From the NCBI GenBank assembly GCA_012295275.1, contig CM022670.1, positions 2,790,001-2,854,000 of the forward strand: a DNA stretch of 64,000 nucleotides, read 5' to 3'. Of this stretch, positions 34,933 through 49,258 are shown piece by piece. Numbering within the stretch: the stretch's first letter is position 1; the number at the start of each line of letters is the position of its first letter. A program made the translations under genes and the position numbers. The stretch is from Chrysomallon squamiferum (Eukaryota > Animalia > Mollusca). The notes under the pieces are model-generated. The model worked only from the letters and a program-made list of their open reading frames with translations. It had not been told where the DNA came from and did no database searches.

Positions 34933-36849
34933 TATATATATTTTTTTTCAATGGTTTTTTTTTTTTGCTATTTCAGTGTACTAAGACCAGGGTTAAAACA
35001 GATTTAAGTGAAACACATGTTTACATAAATAAATCTCTCTTACAGTGATATATGTATTTGACTGAAATCTGACATGTGATTCGCTATTTAACAAAAGTAA
35101 TAAAACGTCGTAATCTGGACTATCATTTTACACCAACGTTAGACAAATTTAATAAATCGCTGCCGTTAAAACGAAGGGTAAAAAAATCCCTTACGTTGTA
35201 TTTGCCGCAGAATATTTGAGATGAAACACCTGCAAGATAAAACACACACACACACCAAAAACATACCGATACAGGTGTTCACAATTTCTTGGTCAAATTC
35301 AGTTGCACAATCTTTATCTGTTAAGCAAACCGTTACCCAAACAATCTGTTATCGTAACGTTCTTCCAAAATGTCCAAGTTGAGTGTGAGGAAAAGACATT
35401 AAAGTCGAAAGGAAGATACGAGAAGAATATACAAACCCGAGGAATAAGAATAATAATAATAAAAAAAAAATCGCTCCGTTTCTTAATTGGTGCCAAATGA
35501 AGGTGCGGAAACGGCAGAGAACGTTTCAATTCTGCAGGTGACAAATTGATGTGACGAGTTTTAAAGTTTCCTATCGTGTTTTATCAGTGACAAGGTTGGC
35601 AAGAAGTTTCGAGATACGCCGAGAGAAAAAACTTGATGAGATCCACGTACTCACGTGTTCTCTGCGAACTCGGAATGTTTCTCTCTCTCTGATGTCATCA
35701 GATTAGAACAGTTTAAACCTTCGTTCTTGGCGAAGCTAGCGACTGTTACAGAGATATTTGTGTTTGATGATTACATTAATTTATTTAATTTGTTGTTTGA
35801 AAATGGATCTTGATATGGTATTAAGGCTGGATGTTTTTATATACATGTTGTTGTTGTTATTATTATTAGTATTATTTTGATATTATTATTATTATTGTTG
35901 TTGTTATTATTATTATTCGTTTTATTATTATTGCTATTGTTGTTGTTGTTATTGTTGTTCTTGTTGTTGTTGCTGATGCTATTACTGTTATTGTTATTTT
36001 TCTTGTTGTTTTTAAATTTATGAAGCCTGATATTGTTCCCTACATAATAATTAGAGCGGTTAAAATTTTAATATAAAAATACAAATAAATTACATACAGA
36101 CAGACACATACACAAATATACATACGTGCACATATAGATGATTACAAAAACACGAACAGATGATTACAGATGTACTCATTAAAGTTTTTATGATTTGATA
36201 GAACATTTAATATCCAACACAAAATATTTGTATAACACATCCAATGAAACGCCCACACCAACGTTTATAAAATTAAAAACAACAACAACAGCAATGATGA
36301 TGATGATGATGATGACAATTAAATATAAAATAAAAAAATAAAAAAATAAAAAAATAAAAAAATATAAAATATAAAAAAAAATATTAAAAAATATAAAAAC
36401 AGAAGAAAGGAGAACAGGAAGAAGAAGAAGAAGAAGAAGAAGAAGAAGAAAAAAGTAATCGTTTGTGTGGTGGCAACACTTGCGTTTTGTTTAGAAATCC
36501 ATTCACCATGATGGCATGCGAGCGAAAGCACGTTAGAGTTTGACAGATTGATATAGCGTGGCCTCCTGTATCAGTCATCTGTGTTGTGACGTACAGTGTG
36601 CCGCGGCGAAACTCCGCCCATTCCACGATAACGGTAAATGTTTACCGTTACAGCGTTTTACATCACCAATAAAGACGCGGAGATTACGCAGATTCTCGCG
36701 ATATTTACATTATTGTGATTTCTCCAATCTAAAGAGTTCTTTATGGTAGCCTGAAGAACATGACTTTGTCAGGAGAGCTAGTCACATGAAAGCGGACCGA
36801 TTTATACAACGCATTTTTCCCCTTTTTTTTTTTTATTCTTTGTATACGT

Positions 36850-36978
36850 TCAGTCTCGTGTGTTTGTGTTTACTGCGAAATGTATATACGTGAGGGTGTG
36901 TGAATGTGTGAAAGCGAGTGTTTGTGTACGTAAAACAGAAGAACGTCTAAATCAATGAGCTTCTTTGTGCATATTCCG
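36850..36978 (+). other. Candidate 5'UTR exon of the bHLH gene
   Basis: GC-richer island ending in donor CCG|GTGAGT at 36978/36979. The bHLH coding exon has an acceptor (ttgcttttcAG, 39701) that needs an upstream exon. The start coordinate is approximate. Confidence 0.35.
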
Positions 36979-37153
36979 GTGAGTGGTAAGACTTTTTTTC
37001 TTTTTTTTTAGCATGTCTATTTGTGTGTATCTATAATTTATCATTTAAATGTATAATGTAACTCTTTCTCTCTGAATGTCTGTCTGTCTGGTTTGTTATT
37101 CTCTCTCTCCCTTTTACGTTTCTTTCCTTCTATTTAACTCATTCATTTTTACA

Positions 37154-37480
<327 letters not shown>

Positions 37481-37742
37481 ATCGTTCCACTTAGTAAACA
37501 GATATAAAGTAAAGATTTCAGAGCTTATGAATAACTGTTGGATGTTAATGTTTATTATTTTACTTTAAAAATATCTTAATAATATTTATTTTTCATAATT
37601 CTTCATCTTAATAATATATATATATATATTTATATATATATATATATATATATACATATATACATATATATATTTATATATGCACACACACACACATCTA
37701 TACATATACATACATAATTATTCAATTTTAACAGGCAGAGAA

Positions 37743-37793
<51 letters not shown>

Positions 37794-38204
37794 GAAAAGC
37801 TTAAAATTTATCAGTGCCTAAGCAGAAATATAAATATCGATTATTTAGAAGCCAATCGGTCACTTTAATGAAAATGACAAAGGTTATGACCTGCGCACGC
37901 GTATTCTGTTTCCTATCGTTTCGTTAAACATCGCTAAATCTCGTTAATGATCGGCATTATTTTTCTTTTTATCTCTGTGAACGGCTGGGTTAGACTAATA
38001 AAACATATTACATCCTGACTTCAGTGTGCAATGAAGACTGTTGTGAAAAGAGACTTAAACATTAATTTTTCTAATGAAGTTAATGGTGGCGAACTTCCGT
38101 CTGTTTCTGATTTCCTAACGACAAGCATTCTGGGATTGCTCTTCTTTAGCCAGTTTATTTACTTGTTTAATCTTCTTCTTCTGATTCTGATTATTTTTCT
38201 TCTT

Positions 38205-38235
<31 letters not shown>

Positions 38236-38645
38236 TTATTATTATTATTAATAGTAGTAGTAGTAGTAGTAATAGTAGTAGTAGGAGTAATAGTGTTGGT
38301 AATAGTAGTAGTAATAGTAGTATAATTATAAATTTTCTTTCATATATAGCACGAAATACTTGAGACACATGCTTAGAAAATTTATAAATTTGTATTAGAA
38401 GTGGATTTTGTATTTATAGTTTACAATAATAATGATTACGTTAATTACATGCATTTAAGAAAGATATATTTTGTTTATTTTCGTTTCCTGCCGCTAATGT
38501 AAAAATCATTGGAAAATTAAATTAGAGTTTGTACAGTTTAATTAATTTTTGTGTTTTGGATTAACAAGGAAATTGACAGTTCATTTCCTGAAATTAAAGG
38601 TGTAATGCTTATAGAAACACAAATGCAGATGCACATCAGTCACAT

Positions 38646-38753
<108 letters not shown>

Positions 38754-39716
38754 TAATAAAATACATTCCTTCATAAACAAACGTAACAAATACATCTTCG
38801 GATTTTCATTTTAAAAGGACTGCAGTGGAAACAGATGTAGATAATATTGTTTCATTTTATGTGGTTTTATTAAGTACTGGGTTTCACTCGGTGTCTCTCC
38901 TGCAATTAATCAGCTCGTCTTAAAAATACGGAAGCACCAGCAATTTAATTTGTAACTTGTTAAAGTTAAAATGTTAACGTATTATAATTGTATGGAAGCC
39001 AGCAGCGACAAGACAGAATTACTTCGTGTTATAACAGCCATTAATTTATGTCAGTTAGTTGGTTACAACAGCCACAAAAATAAAATAATAATAATTATTA
39101 TTATAAAATAGAAATCTTTTTATCTTCCATTCCTTTTATCTACTGCCGTTATTTATTTATTTGTTTGTTTGTTTATATATTTATTTATTTATTATTTTAA
39201 TTTTTAAAAATTGTTTTACTATTTATTCTTTAAAGTGTTCTAATGGTTGGATGAATTATTTTTGTTATTGTAATCTCGTCTTTGTTAATTAAATAATAAG
39301 AACATATTAATATGAATTAATGAATTAATCGTGCTTTTCTTTTCACTTATAGAGGACATGAAATATGGTAATACACAACAGCAGCAACAACAACAATAAC
39401 AACATCACCAATATTATCATCATTATTATTATTATTATTATTATTATCATCATCATCATCATCATCTTCAAATAAATTATATAACATGCTCTTATGAGTG
39501 ATGAAAGTAAAGTAAAATATGAAAACGTACAAGAACTATACTTTAATTACCTATGTCTTCAGCACTGCTATTATTTTATTAATATTACAAATTAAGATAA
39601 TTATTTCCGAAATAGAGTTTTGCATTCCTTTCATTTATTTATTTATTTATTTATTACGGCGATGGTTACGCAGTGATATAACAACTGTGTTTGCTTTTCA
39701 GTGTAAAAAAACAAGG

Positions 39717-40508
39717 ATGAAACGTGACGTGACCATCGACTACAGCACACAACAGTCACGACAACGACTTTGCAGCAAGAAGCGATCCGAAAACAACGAC
39801 AACGACATTCACTGCAGCGACGACAGCAGTGACTACCACATGTCGTACACGGCTTCGGAGGCCAGCGAGCAGTGCGACCTCTCCGACCACGAAATGCACG
39901 ACGAAGACGACGACGACGACAACGTCTTCTGCTCCGAAATACCTTCCCCCGACGGCATGAAGAATGCGGGCTACATCTGTCTTCAGAGCGTACCGCGCCA
40001 GCTACTTCCAACGCGTCAGCTTTTCCATTCGAGTCCGGCGGTCGTTTCCATGGAATCGCCCCTCGATCTGAGTCACAAGCACATGCGCAGACGGTTCAGC
40101 GAGGTTCAGCTCTCGCAGCCTTTCCGCAAGGTCGCGCGGCGGATGTTTACGAACAGCAGGGAAAGATGGCGGCAGCAGAACGTCAATGGGGCCTTCGCGG
40201 ACCTGCGGAAACTCGTACCAACGTATCCACCAGACAAGAAACTGAGCAAGAACGAAATTCTCAGACTCGCCATACGATACATCAAGCTGCTCGGTGAAGT
40301 CCTCGAGTACCGAAAAGAGCAGGAACTCGGCTCTCAGCAGACGAGTAGCGCGAGCGATCAAAAGACAGACGACAGCGCTGGCTGCGACCTTGAACCCGAA
40401 ACGAGCCGACGTCTGCCGAAACCGTCAGACAGCGCCACTTCGCCGTCTCCACCCTCGGTTAGTGTACCAGCGACAACAGGTTCAGAGAGTTCAACGCACT
40501 TGTCATGA
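39717..40508 (+). CDS. tal1: SCL/TAL1/LYL1-family bHLH transcription factor, ~263 aa, single coding exon
   Basis: The b[55 protein letters not shown] is nearly identical to the TAL1/SCL domain. There is a splice acceptor at 39701 and the first ATG after it is at 39717. The ORF-track start at 39519 is intronic. A PLDLS motif lies upstream of the bHLH. Confidence 0.92.
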   Translation: MKRDVTIDYSTQQSRQRLCSKKRSENNDNDIHCSDDSSDYHMSYTASEASEQCDLSDHEMHDEDDDDDNVFCSEIPSPDGMKNAGYICLQSVPRQLLPTRQLFHSSPAVVSMESPLDLSHKHMRRRFSEVQLSQPFRKVARRMFTNSRERWRQQNVNGAFADLRKLVPTYPPDKKLSKNEILRLAIRYIKLLGEVLEYRKEQELGSQQTSSASDQKTDDSAGCDLEPETSRRLPKPSDSATSPSPPSVSVPATTGSESSTHLS

Positions 40509-40569
40509 CTGAAAGAACACCAGACTGACTGAATTCGTAGTGAAGCATTATTATTATCATTATCATTTG

Positions 40570-40732
<163 letters not shown>

Positions 40733-41054
40733 TGATCTTGTTGTTGTTGTTGTTGTTTAAACGACTTACCTTGATATATAATTTCAGTCTATTTTGTTTT
40801 ATTTTAAAGACAAAAAAAAAACTGACAGATATCAGTTATTTATGGAATATTTCTATTTCGATCTTACCGTTTGTACCAATGTTACAGATGTTGTGTTATT
40901 GTCAAAGATGATATCATTTTGATCATTTTCTTCACTCCTTCCTGGTATGTGAATTTTAATATAAAAAATAACTTATTACGTGATATTATAAACATTATGC
41001 TCTTCTTCTTCTTCTTCTTATCATGGTCATCATCAACATCATCATCATCATCAT

Positions 41055-41087
<33 letters not shown>

Positions 41088-41628
41088 ATGCACTACTCCT
41101 TGTATTACTGTTACTAATATTACACCTACTACTGTTACTGCAACTCCTACCATTATTATTTCTTCATGTTCTTCATATCATCAACATCATCATCATTATC
41201 ATTATTATTATTAAACATTAATCCACAGAAAGTATTAATTATTTTTTTCATTAATATCACAGAATATATATTTTTTTCTCTTGAAGATGGTATTTCTGAA
41301 GGCAAAATAAGAAACACAAAGAAAAAGGATGTATATATTTGTCTTAAAGTAATGTATTTGTGCAAAATTACAGGACGTTCATACAAAAACAAAAAACAAA
41401 TATTCTTAAAGTTGCAGTTTGTGAATCCAGCTATCAGAAGATTTAATTTTGTTTCTGACATTTTTATTAATGTTATTTTTAAATGCATCAGTGTGTATGT
41501 TTGTATATATTATTTGGTCTATAAATACTGTCTTCTCAATTACCAGCTATGTTAAACGCGAAAACAGTTTGTGAAATTGTAAAGTTTAACACTAAAATGA
41601 TTCGTTTATACAACGAGTTTAAAAGTGT

Positions 41629-41634
41629 AATAAA
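41629..41634 (+). terminator. Candidate polyadenylation signal of the bHLH gene
   Basis: AATAAA followed by T/GT-rich sequence. Confidence 0.4.
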
Positions 41635-41722
41635 GATATAAGTATATACGATGCTACGTTTTGTGTTAAAAATATTTTTGTTTCAGTACTGTTATTATTA
41701 AGTTTATTCCTAAATACATGTA

Positions 41723-41762
<40 letters not shown>

Positions 41763-42751
41763 AACATACATTTAAAAATACATACATACAGACATTCAGT
41801 CATATGCACATTCAGACGGAAACACACACACACAGTACATTCATATATACACGAATGCATACGTTCATTCATACATATATTCAAACATACATAATAACAT
41901 GCATACGTATACACACCATATATACACACATACATACACACATAACATTCATCCTCCTGCATTACCGAATATTGTCTGTGTGCAGTCTAATCAGACGTAC
42001 ATAAGACAGAGAGTATTCAAAATCCTGAAATACATAACATACACATTCACACATAATATCATTCATTTCCACGTGTTTCCGAATCTAAAATAACTTAAGT
42101 GTACCGCTTGATCTGACGAAGAAAAAAAAAAAAAAAAAAAAAAAGAAAAGAAATAAAATTTTAAAAGCCAAATTGCCACCAGACAAGAACTACAGATTAG
42201 CAATTTCCCTTAGGTCGAGATATGACTTGGCTTTTGATATACTAACTTATTTTTTCCCATGGACGTCACTGGGTACACACTACATAGTCACAAGGTCAGC
42301 AGATGCAAATCATAGCTAATCATAAATGAGCTCATTATTTACATAAAGAAGTGTCGGAAATGCCATAATTGTAGGAGAAAAAAATTATACATTTTCATTT
42401 TTTTTATATCTCTCACGAAGATAACGTTTATGTTCAACTATGTGAAGATAGATGTAGTTAAAGTATTCTTAACACTTGCCTCAAACGTGCCAGATCACGT
42501 GATCAGTCGTCTAGAGTTATGCTGTTTCCATTTCCAGTGTTTGATACCTGTTGTTCTGTAAGCTATCTTGAAACTAATCTGTGTTTGTTTAAATGTACTT
42601 ATTTGTTTATATTTATGACACCGCAAAACAAAAAAAAATAAATAAATAAATAAATAAAAAAAAAATAAATAAAAAAAAAATTAAAAATAAATAAATAAAA
42701 ATAATAATAATTAATAATAATAGTAATAAAATAAATAAATAAATAAAATAA

Positions 42752-42788
<37 letters not shown>

Positions 42789-44246
42789 ATAAAAAAAAGG
42801 AAAAACGAATTTTTTCTTACATATATATATATATATATATATATGTAAGAAAAAAGAAAATAAAGAAAAGAAATTTATTGTTAAAAAAACCCTGTATTAT
42901 GTATCACTGACAGCAATATTAAAAGCACCGAGAAAATAAAATACACGTTGTTAGCAGTCTGTCACTATCTCGAATGACTTGTTAAAGATATTTATTTGTG
43001 AAATAACTTCTCTATCTAAAATTGCACATTAAATAATCATATAATTTCAGTACTAGATCACCTTTTCGTGTCGTTTTATTTTTATTTTTATCTTCTTCTT
43101 CTTCTTCTTCTTCTTATTATTATTTTCATTTCGTATTTGTCTTTTTTTTCTTCTTCTTCTTATTATTTTCATTTCGTATTTGTCTTTTTTTTAATTCTTT
43201 TTATTTCATTTCTTTTATTTCTTTATTTATTTTTATAATTATAATTTTATTTTCGCTTCTTACATTTTTCCCTAATCGTAACTTAACCTTTTCGCGTCAT
43301 TTTTTTCAGCAGCAGTTAATTTTTCTCATGTTTTATTGCACTTAGTCACGTCAGCGGTGGGCAGGATGGATTTTTCTCCGACAAACAAAAGTAATGGCTC
43401 ACCGACTGATAGAGCACACATGTTATGACGAAATAAGAAGCCCATTCTCCTTATTTTCGCATTTGAACGCAATCAATCATGAGCCGGCGATATGTATCGC
43501 TTGATCCTCGGTCGTATATTAAGCGGCACGTTTCAATTTTCCACGTGGATTTCCGTAACGCTCATTGCCATCGTCCGAATCGACGAAAACTGCCGATTTC
43601 TCGACAAATTCTCCGAACAGTCAATTGTGTATTCTTCCGCACTTCAAGGTGTTGACAGCTGATAAAAGGATTAGCGCCGCACGCCGACTGTATAAGGAAA
43701 TAAAAACGGCAATAGCTCAGGAGCTTTATGAATCGATTAACAAATAAAAACGGACATCTTCGATATCATGCGTCGTTAGCTTCTGAGTAGGCGCACTTGT
43801 GCGTTTTTTCCCGAGATAGTAAAGCTTTCTTGGTGAAAAAAAAAAGCGCCCAATAAAGAGTGATTGAGGAAATTCAAGGACTTAACCGACTCTTAAGTGT
43901 AATAATTAAAATGTTATTTCACTGAGAGTAGTCGCAAGGAAGAGCACTGTTTGATAAAGGTGTCTTTGTAATTGTCAGGCAGGATTCATTTAAATGTAAT
44001 TTGGTGATTGCGTATTGATAACGTCACAGAATACGTCCGGCGCGCTTAATTACATATTCATAGCGCAGCATTTAATTACGTACACACCGTGTTACTACTA
44101 CCTCGTCTTTTCTTTTCGTTTTTCTTTCGGTTTTTTTTTTAAGAAAGAATGAAGATAAAATTATAAATATCAGTCTTTATTCAAGTCTGAGATTTTAATA
44201 GATTTTCTTTTTCCTTTTCTTATTTTTTTTTCTCTCTTTCTCTATT

Positions 44247-44288
<42 letters not shown>

Positions 44289-44526
44289 TATTATTAATTA
44301 TTATTTATTATTATTGATTTAATTAAAATATTCTTTGTTAGAAAATATGAATTAGATTAGAATTAATATATTAAAATCTTGAGGCTGTATGAATTTTAGA
44401 AAAAAAAAAAATTAAAAGCTTTTTGTTTTTATAATTTTATTTTCAAAAAGTAATAAAACAAAGAATAGCCGGTATTCGTACAAAGGACCGTACAACAGCC
44501 TTTTCAAACAATGAACATTCGTTATT

Positions 44527-45100
44527 TCAGCCGTGGTGTCCGTGTCCATGCCCTTGACCATGACAGTGTCCATGTCCATGCCCGTGACCATGACCGTGAC
44601 CATGACCGTGTCCATGTCCATGCCAGTGACCATGACCGTGTCCGTGTCCGTGTCCGTGTCCGTGTCCATGTCCATGCCCGTGACCATGACCGTGTCCGTG
44701 TCCGTGCCAGTGACCATGACCGTGACCGTGTCCGTGTCCATGTCCATGTCCATGGCCGTGACCATGACCGTGTCCGTGTCCATGCCCGTGACCATGACCA
44801 TGACCGTGTCCGTGTCCATGTCCGTGTCCATGGTGACAAGACAGTGCTACTGTTATCAAAAATACTGAAATAACAATAGCAGTTTATTTATTTATTTATT
44901 TATTTACTAACTTATTTACTTATTTATTTGTTTTGAATTTCGTCTTACTATTACCACATCTACAGTAAATAATAATAACAACAATGACAATAATGATGAT
45001 GATGACGATGATGATGATAATAATAATAATAATAACAACAACAAAAATAACAATAGCTCATAAATGAAAGAAAGAATAAATGAATAAATAAATGAATGAA

Positions 45101-45131
<31 letters not shown>

Positions 45132-45178
45132 GACATACCTATTAAAACAAGTAGAAAAAGGATGCTGGATAGCTTCAT
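44527..45178 (-). CDS. HG1: secreted (His-Gly)n protein, 125 aa (exons 45178-45139, 44864-44527)
   Basis: MKLSSILFLLVLI|VFLITVALS-CHH(GH)n with two HW and one HC, ending HHG*. Exon 1 is 40 nt, with donor G|GTATGT and acceptor tttcAG. TATA-like box at ~45248-45255. Confidence 0.88.
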
Positions 45179-45247
45179 TGTGTAATTATTGTGAATCACA
45201 AAAATGAAAGAAATCACTTGTTTTGAAATACACAAAATTTCGAACTG

Positions 45248-45377
45248 AATTTATAATAAGAGAAATGCTGACCACAGCTGGACATTGCATGGTAACCATG
45301 ACAAACCTGACCATAGGCAGGGATTACTGTATACTTTTTACAAATGATTTAACAAAAATCTCCGGTGAAGTAATAAT

Positions 45378-45476
<99 letters not shown>

Positions 45477-45779
45477 CATATGCATTTATCATATGCTCCT
45501 ATTTCATTCAAAACAAGATTTTTTTATTATTTATGTACATCGACATTAAAATGAAACTGAAATATGATCAATTCAATTTATTTATTATTCATTCATTCAT
45601 TCATTCAGTAATTCAAGTTACTCTCATCACAGTCAAACATGACCAAATGTAATAAATGTCTTATCATAATTGTGTTGTACATTTTTTCTGCCATCAAAAT
45701 TATTTGTGACGATTACGCAGCAAGGCTCACCTGTGGTCAGTCATGTCCTGCTGTGGTCAGTGAAATGTTTTCTATAAAA
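45248..45779. promoter_or_regulatory. Divergent promoter region of HG1/HG2 with mirrored TATA boxes and CTGTGGTCAG motifs
   Basis: TATAAA on minus (~45250) and TATAAAA on plus (45773-45779). CTGTGGTCAG occurs at 45268-45277(-), 45731-45740(+) and 45751-45760(+). Variant CTATGGTCAG at 45307-45316(-). Confidence 0.65.
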
Positions 45780-45859
45780 GCCGCACTGTGTCTCGATGAA
45801 ATCAAAACCTGAAATTTAACTTCATTTATACAAACAGACAACAGACAGAAAGAACAAAA

Positions 45860-45904
45860 ATGAAGTTTTCCCATGTTTTATGCATAGCGATATTAATTGG
45901 TATG

Positions 45905-45940
<36 letters not shown>

Positions 45941-46565
45941 TTAATTACTTATTTATTTATTTATTTGTCTGTTAATTAATAAGTTTTTAGCTTTATTTTT
46001 AATTATTTTAATTTATTTTATTTTATTTTATTTATTTTTTTTTGCTTTATTTTAAATTTTTTTCATTTTACTTTTACTTTTATGAATTATTTATTATTAT
46101 TATTATTTTTTTTTTTAGTTATTTATTGGAAAGAAAAATGATAAATTATTCAAAAGCACATTATTTTATATATTAATATATTATTATTGGGGTTGATGTT
46201 GTTGTTGCTGCTGTTGTTGTTGTAATTATAATTATTATTATTAAATTTTTTCTTCAGTGTTACTAGTTTCAGTAGTTCTGTCATGTCATCATGGACATGG
46301 ACACGGACACGGCCACGGCCACGGACACGGACACGGACACGGTCACGGACATGGCCACGGACACTGGCATGGACACGGCCACGGTCACGGACATGGACAC
46401 GGCCACGGCCACGGCCACGGCCACGGTCACGGTCACGGTCACGGTCACGGACATGGCCACGGACACTGGCATGGACACGGTCACGGACACGGACATGGAC
46501 ATGGACATGGACACGGACACGGTCACGGTCACGGACACGGACACGGACACGGACATCACGGTTAA
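45860..46565 (+). CDS. HG2: secreted (His-Gly)n protein, 115 aa (exons 45860-45899, 46258-46565)
   Basis: MKFSHVLCIAILI|VLLVSVVLS-CHH(GH)n with two HW, ending HHG*. Exon 1 is 40 nt, with donor G|GTATGT and acceptor tcttcAG. Confidence 0.88.
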
Positions 46566-46871
46566 TCCGATTTTTTTTCGTTACAAAAGGCTGTTGAACG
46601 GCTTTTATATAAATATTTCATATTGTGTAATAAAATCTTTGAAAACTGAATACTTGAATTTTAAATTTTATTATTTAAAACTTCAGTATTTACTTTATAA
46701 ACGCTAACAGTAACCAGTAATTTATATTGCCATGGTTACACATTTAATTGTCACAGAATGTATTTTGAAATAAAAAGTAAATTTTTTAGTACTAGTAGTA
46801 GCAGGAGTAATAGTAGTAGTAATAACAGCATTAATGGTAGTTGCAGTAGCAGTAGCAGTAGTACTAGTAGT

Positions 46872-46904
<33 letters not shown>

Positions 46905-47094
46905 ATAAACAAAACTAATGAAGTTTAAATTAATAAGTGCAAAATATACAGTTTACTTTTTACTTTTATATTTTTAATATTAATTATTTTTTTTAATAAT
47001 TTTTATTAATTTTTGCTTTATAATCTTTATATGTTATTAATACTTATATTATTATTATTATTATAATTATAATTATTATTATTATTATTATTAC

Positions 47095-47125
<31 letters not shown>

Positions 47126-47605
47126 TTGTGTGGTCAAAATTATTAAAATAAATAAATAATAAATAAATAAATAAATAAAGAAAAATAAATAAATAAATAA
47201 ATAAACTAAATAAATAAATAAATAAAATAAAATAAAATAAAATAAAATAAAATAAAATAAGATAAAATAAACAAATAAATAAACAACACACTATTCTAAT
47301 AACGCGTAGACCACTGTTTCATTGCCCTCTCTTGCTCATCGCTAGAACACGCAGATTTTATTGTGTAATGCAATACGTGTATGACTAACAACGTTCATGC
47401 TTTTCTAAATTTTACTTCATTTTTATTTTTTATTCATTGCTCGTAAGAATTTTATGGATCGTTTCTTAATCTCTTTCACTAGATTAACGAAGCAGGTGTT
47501 GCGAAAAAGCGAAAAAAAGACACAAAAAGAAAAGAAAAGAAAAACAACATATTCGGTGTGAAACATGCATATCGATTTAAGTGCATTTTATGTGAAAAAT
47601 ATGCT

Positions 47606-47688
<83 letters not shown>

Positions 47689-48705
47689 GACGTACGCACG
47701 TGTATGTATGTGTGCAATAATATTTATAATTCTTATCTAGCTATTATTAATTGTTAATTTTGACACAAAACGATATTATGAAAATAAACTCTTTTTAGAG
47801 TAAACTGTTTGAATTTTGGCTAATATTAAAATTAACATCAAACAGAAATATAAAGTAATAGGCCTAGTGATAGCGATTGAAATGCACGATATTGAAGGAA
47901 ATCGTTTTAGTGTATTAACGTACAAAAAACCCCAACATAAAACCTTAACAACAGTTAGTAACCTGTTATGTTATTACAGTGTGAGATAAGCTGCAATCTC
48001 AGTTAATCATAAATAAAATTAATTTCTTTATGAAAATATACATATTTATTTAATTGCTTATTTATTGCTTGCATTTATTTATTTATTTATTTATTTAACC
48101 ATTTATTTTTTAATTTATTAATTAACTTTTTTCATTTATCTATTTAATTTTTTTAAATCTATTTAACTGTTTATTTATTTATTATATATGATTTTCAATA
48201 CAATTTATTTGTTTATGCAACTGAGTGTATTATTCCATCTTTAATATTTTTATTATATTTTTTTTTTTTTCTTTCGTTGTTTATTTATTTTCTTTTACTT
48301 ATTCACTTTAGTTATTTATTTAATGATTTATCGATTTCTTTTATTTCTATTTCCTTTTTTCTTTATTCATTCATTTATTAATTTATTTATCCATTCATTC
48401 TCTTCTTCATACATTCATTTATTCATGCATTACATTATTCATTCATTTATTCTTTATTCCTTTATTTACTTATTCATTTATTTTAATTTAATTTGTTTGG
48501 TTTTGTTTATTTTATTTTATTTTATTTTATTTTTTTTTTTTTGCTTAATTTTATTATATTTTATTTTATTTAACTTTTTAAATTTATTTATTTATTTGTG
48601 TATTCACTAAATCGTTGAAGTATTGTTTGTTTTGTATACTACACACGGACCACATTTCGAAAAAAGCTTCTCATTAAAGCTCAAATTAAACTCTAATAGT
48701 ATTTC

Positions 48706-48760
<55 letters not shown>

Positions 48761-48851
48761 TGTAGTAGTTTTTATTTTATGAATTTCACTACCAATCTAT
48801 CCTTTGTTGAAATAAGACCGTTCAACAGTCTTCATTAAAATAAATTATATT

Positions 48852-49035
48852 TTATCCATGATGATATCCGTGATGTCCGTGATGACCACTGTGTCCGTGA
48901 TATCCGTGATGACCGTGGTGTCGATAATGTCCGTGGTGACCGTGATGTCTACGATGACCGTGGTAACCATGACGATGCCCGTGTCCGTGATGATAGGCAT
49001 CGGACAGTGACAAAATAGCCAATGAAACTGTAAAG

Positions 49036-49066
<31 letters not shown>

Positions 49067-49086
49067 TAATAATTACTACTAAACTA

Positions 49087-49160
<74 letters not shown>

Positions 49161-49218
49161 CTAATCACAATAATAATAATAATAAATAAATAAATACAAT
49201 AATAAATAAATAAAATAA

Positions 49219-49258
<40 letters not shown>

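Noticed and set aside
39519-39716. N-terminal 66-aa extension of the bHLH ORF
   Set aside because: It is AT-rich, (TTTA)n-containing intronic sequence upstream of a clear acceptor at 39701.
44482-46606. Histone-type 3' stem-loop (AAAGGC… start resembles it)
   Set aside because: The loop and stem do not match GGYYCUUUUCAGRRCC, and the genes have introns and downstream AATAAA-like signals.
44412-46707. Long alternative-frame and antisense ORFs (MDTDT…, WTRTRSR…, VSVSM…) over the His-Gly exons
   Set aside because: These are a by-product of stop-free CAYGGN hexamer repeats. Only the His-Gly frame splices to a signal peptide and shows synonymous-site variation. The same applies to the TDIT/VMSV ORFs at 48.8-57.9 kb.
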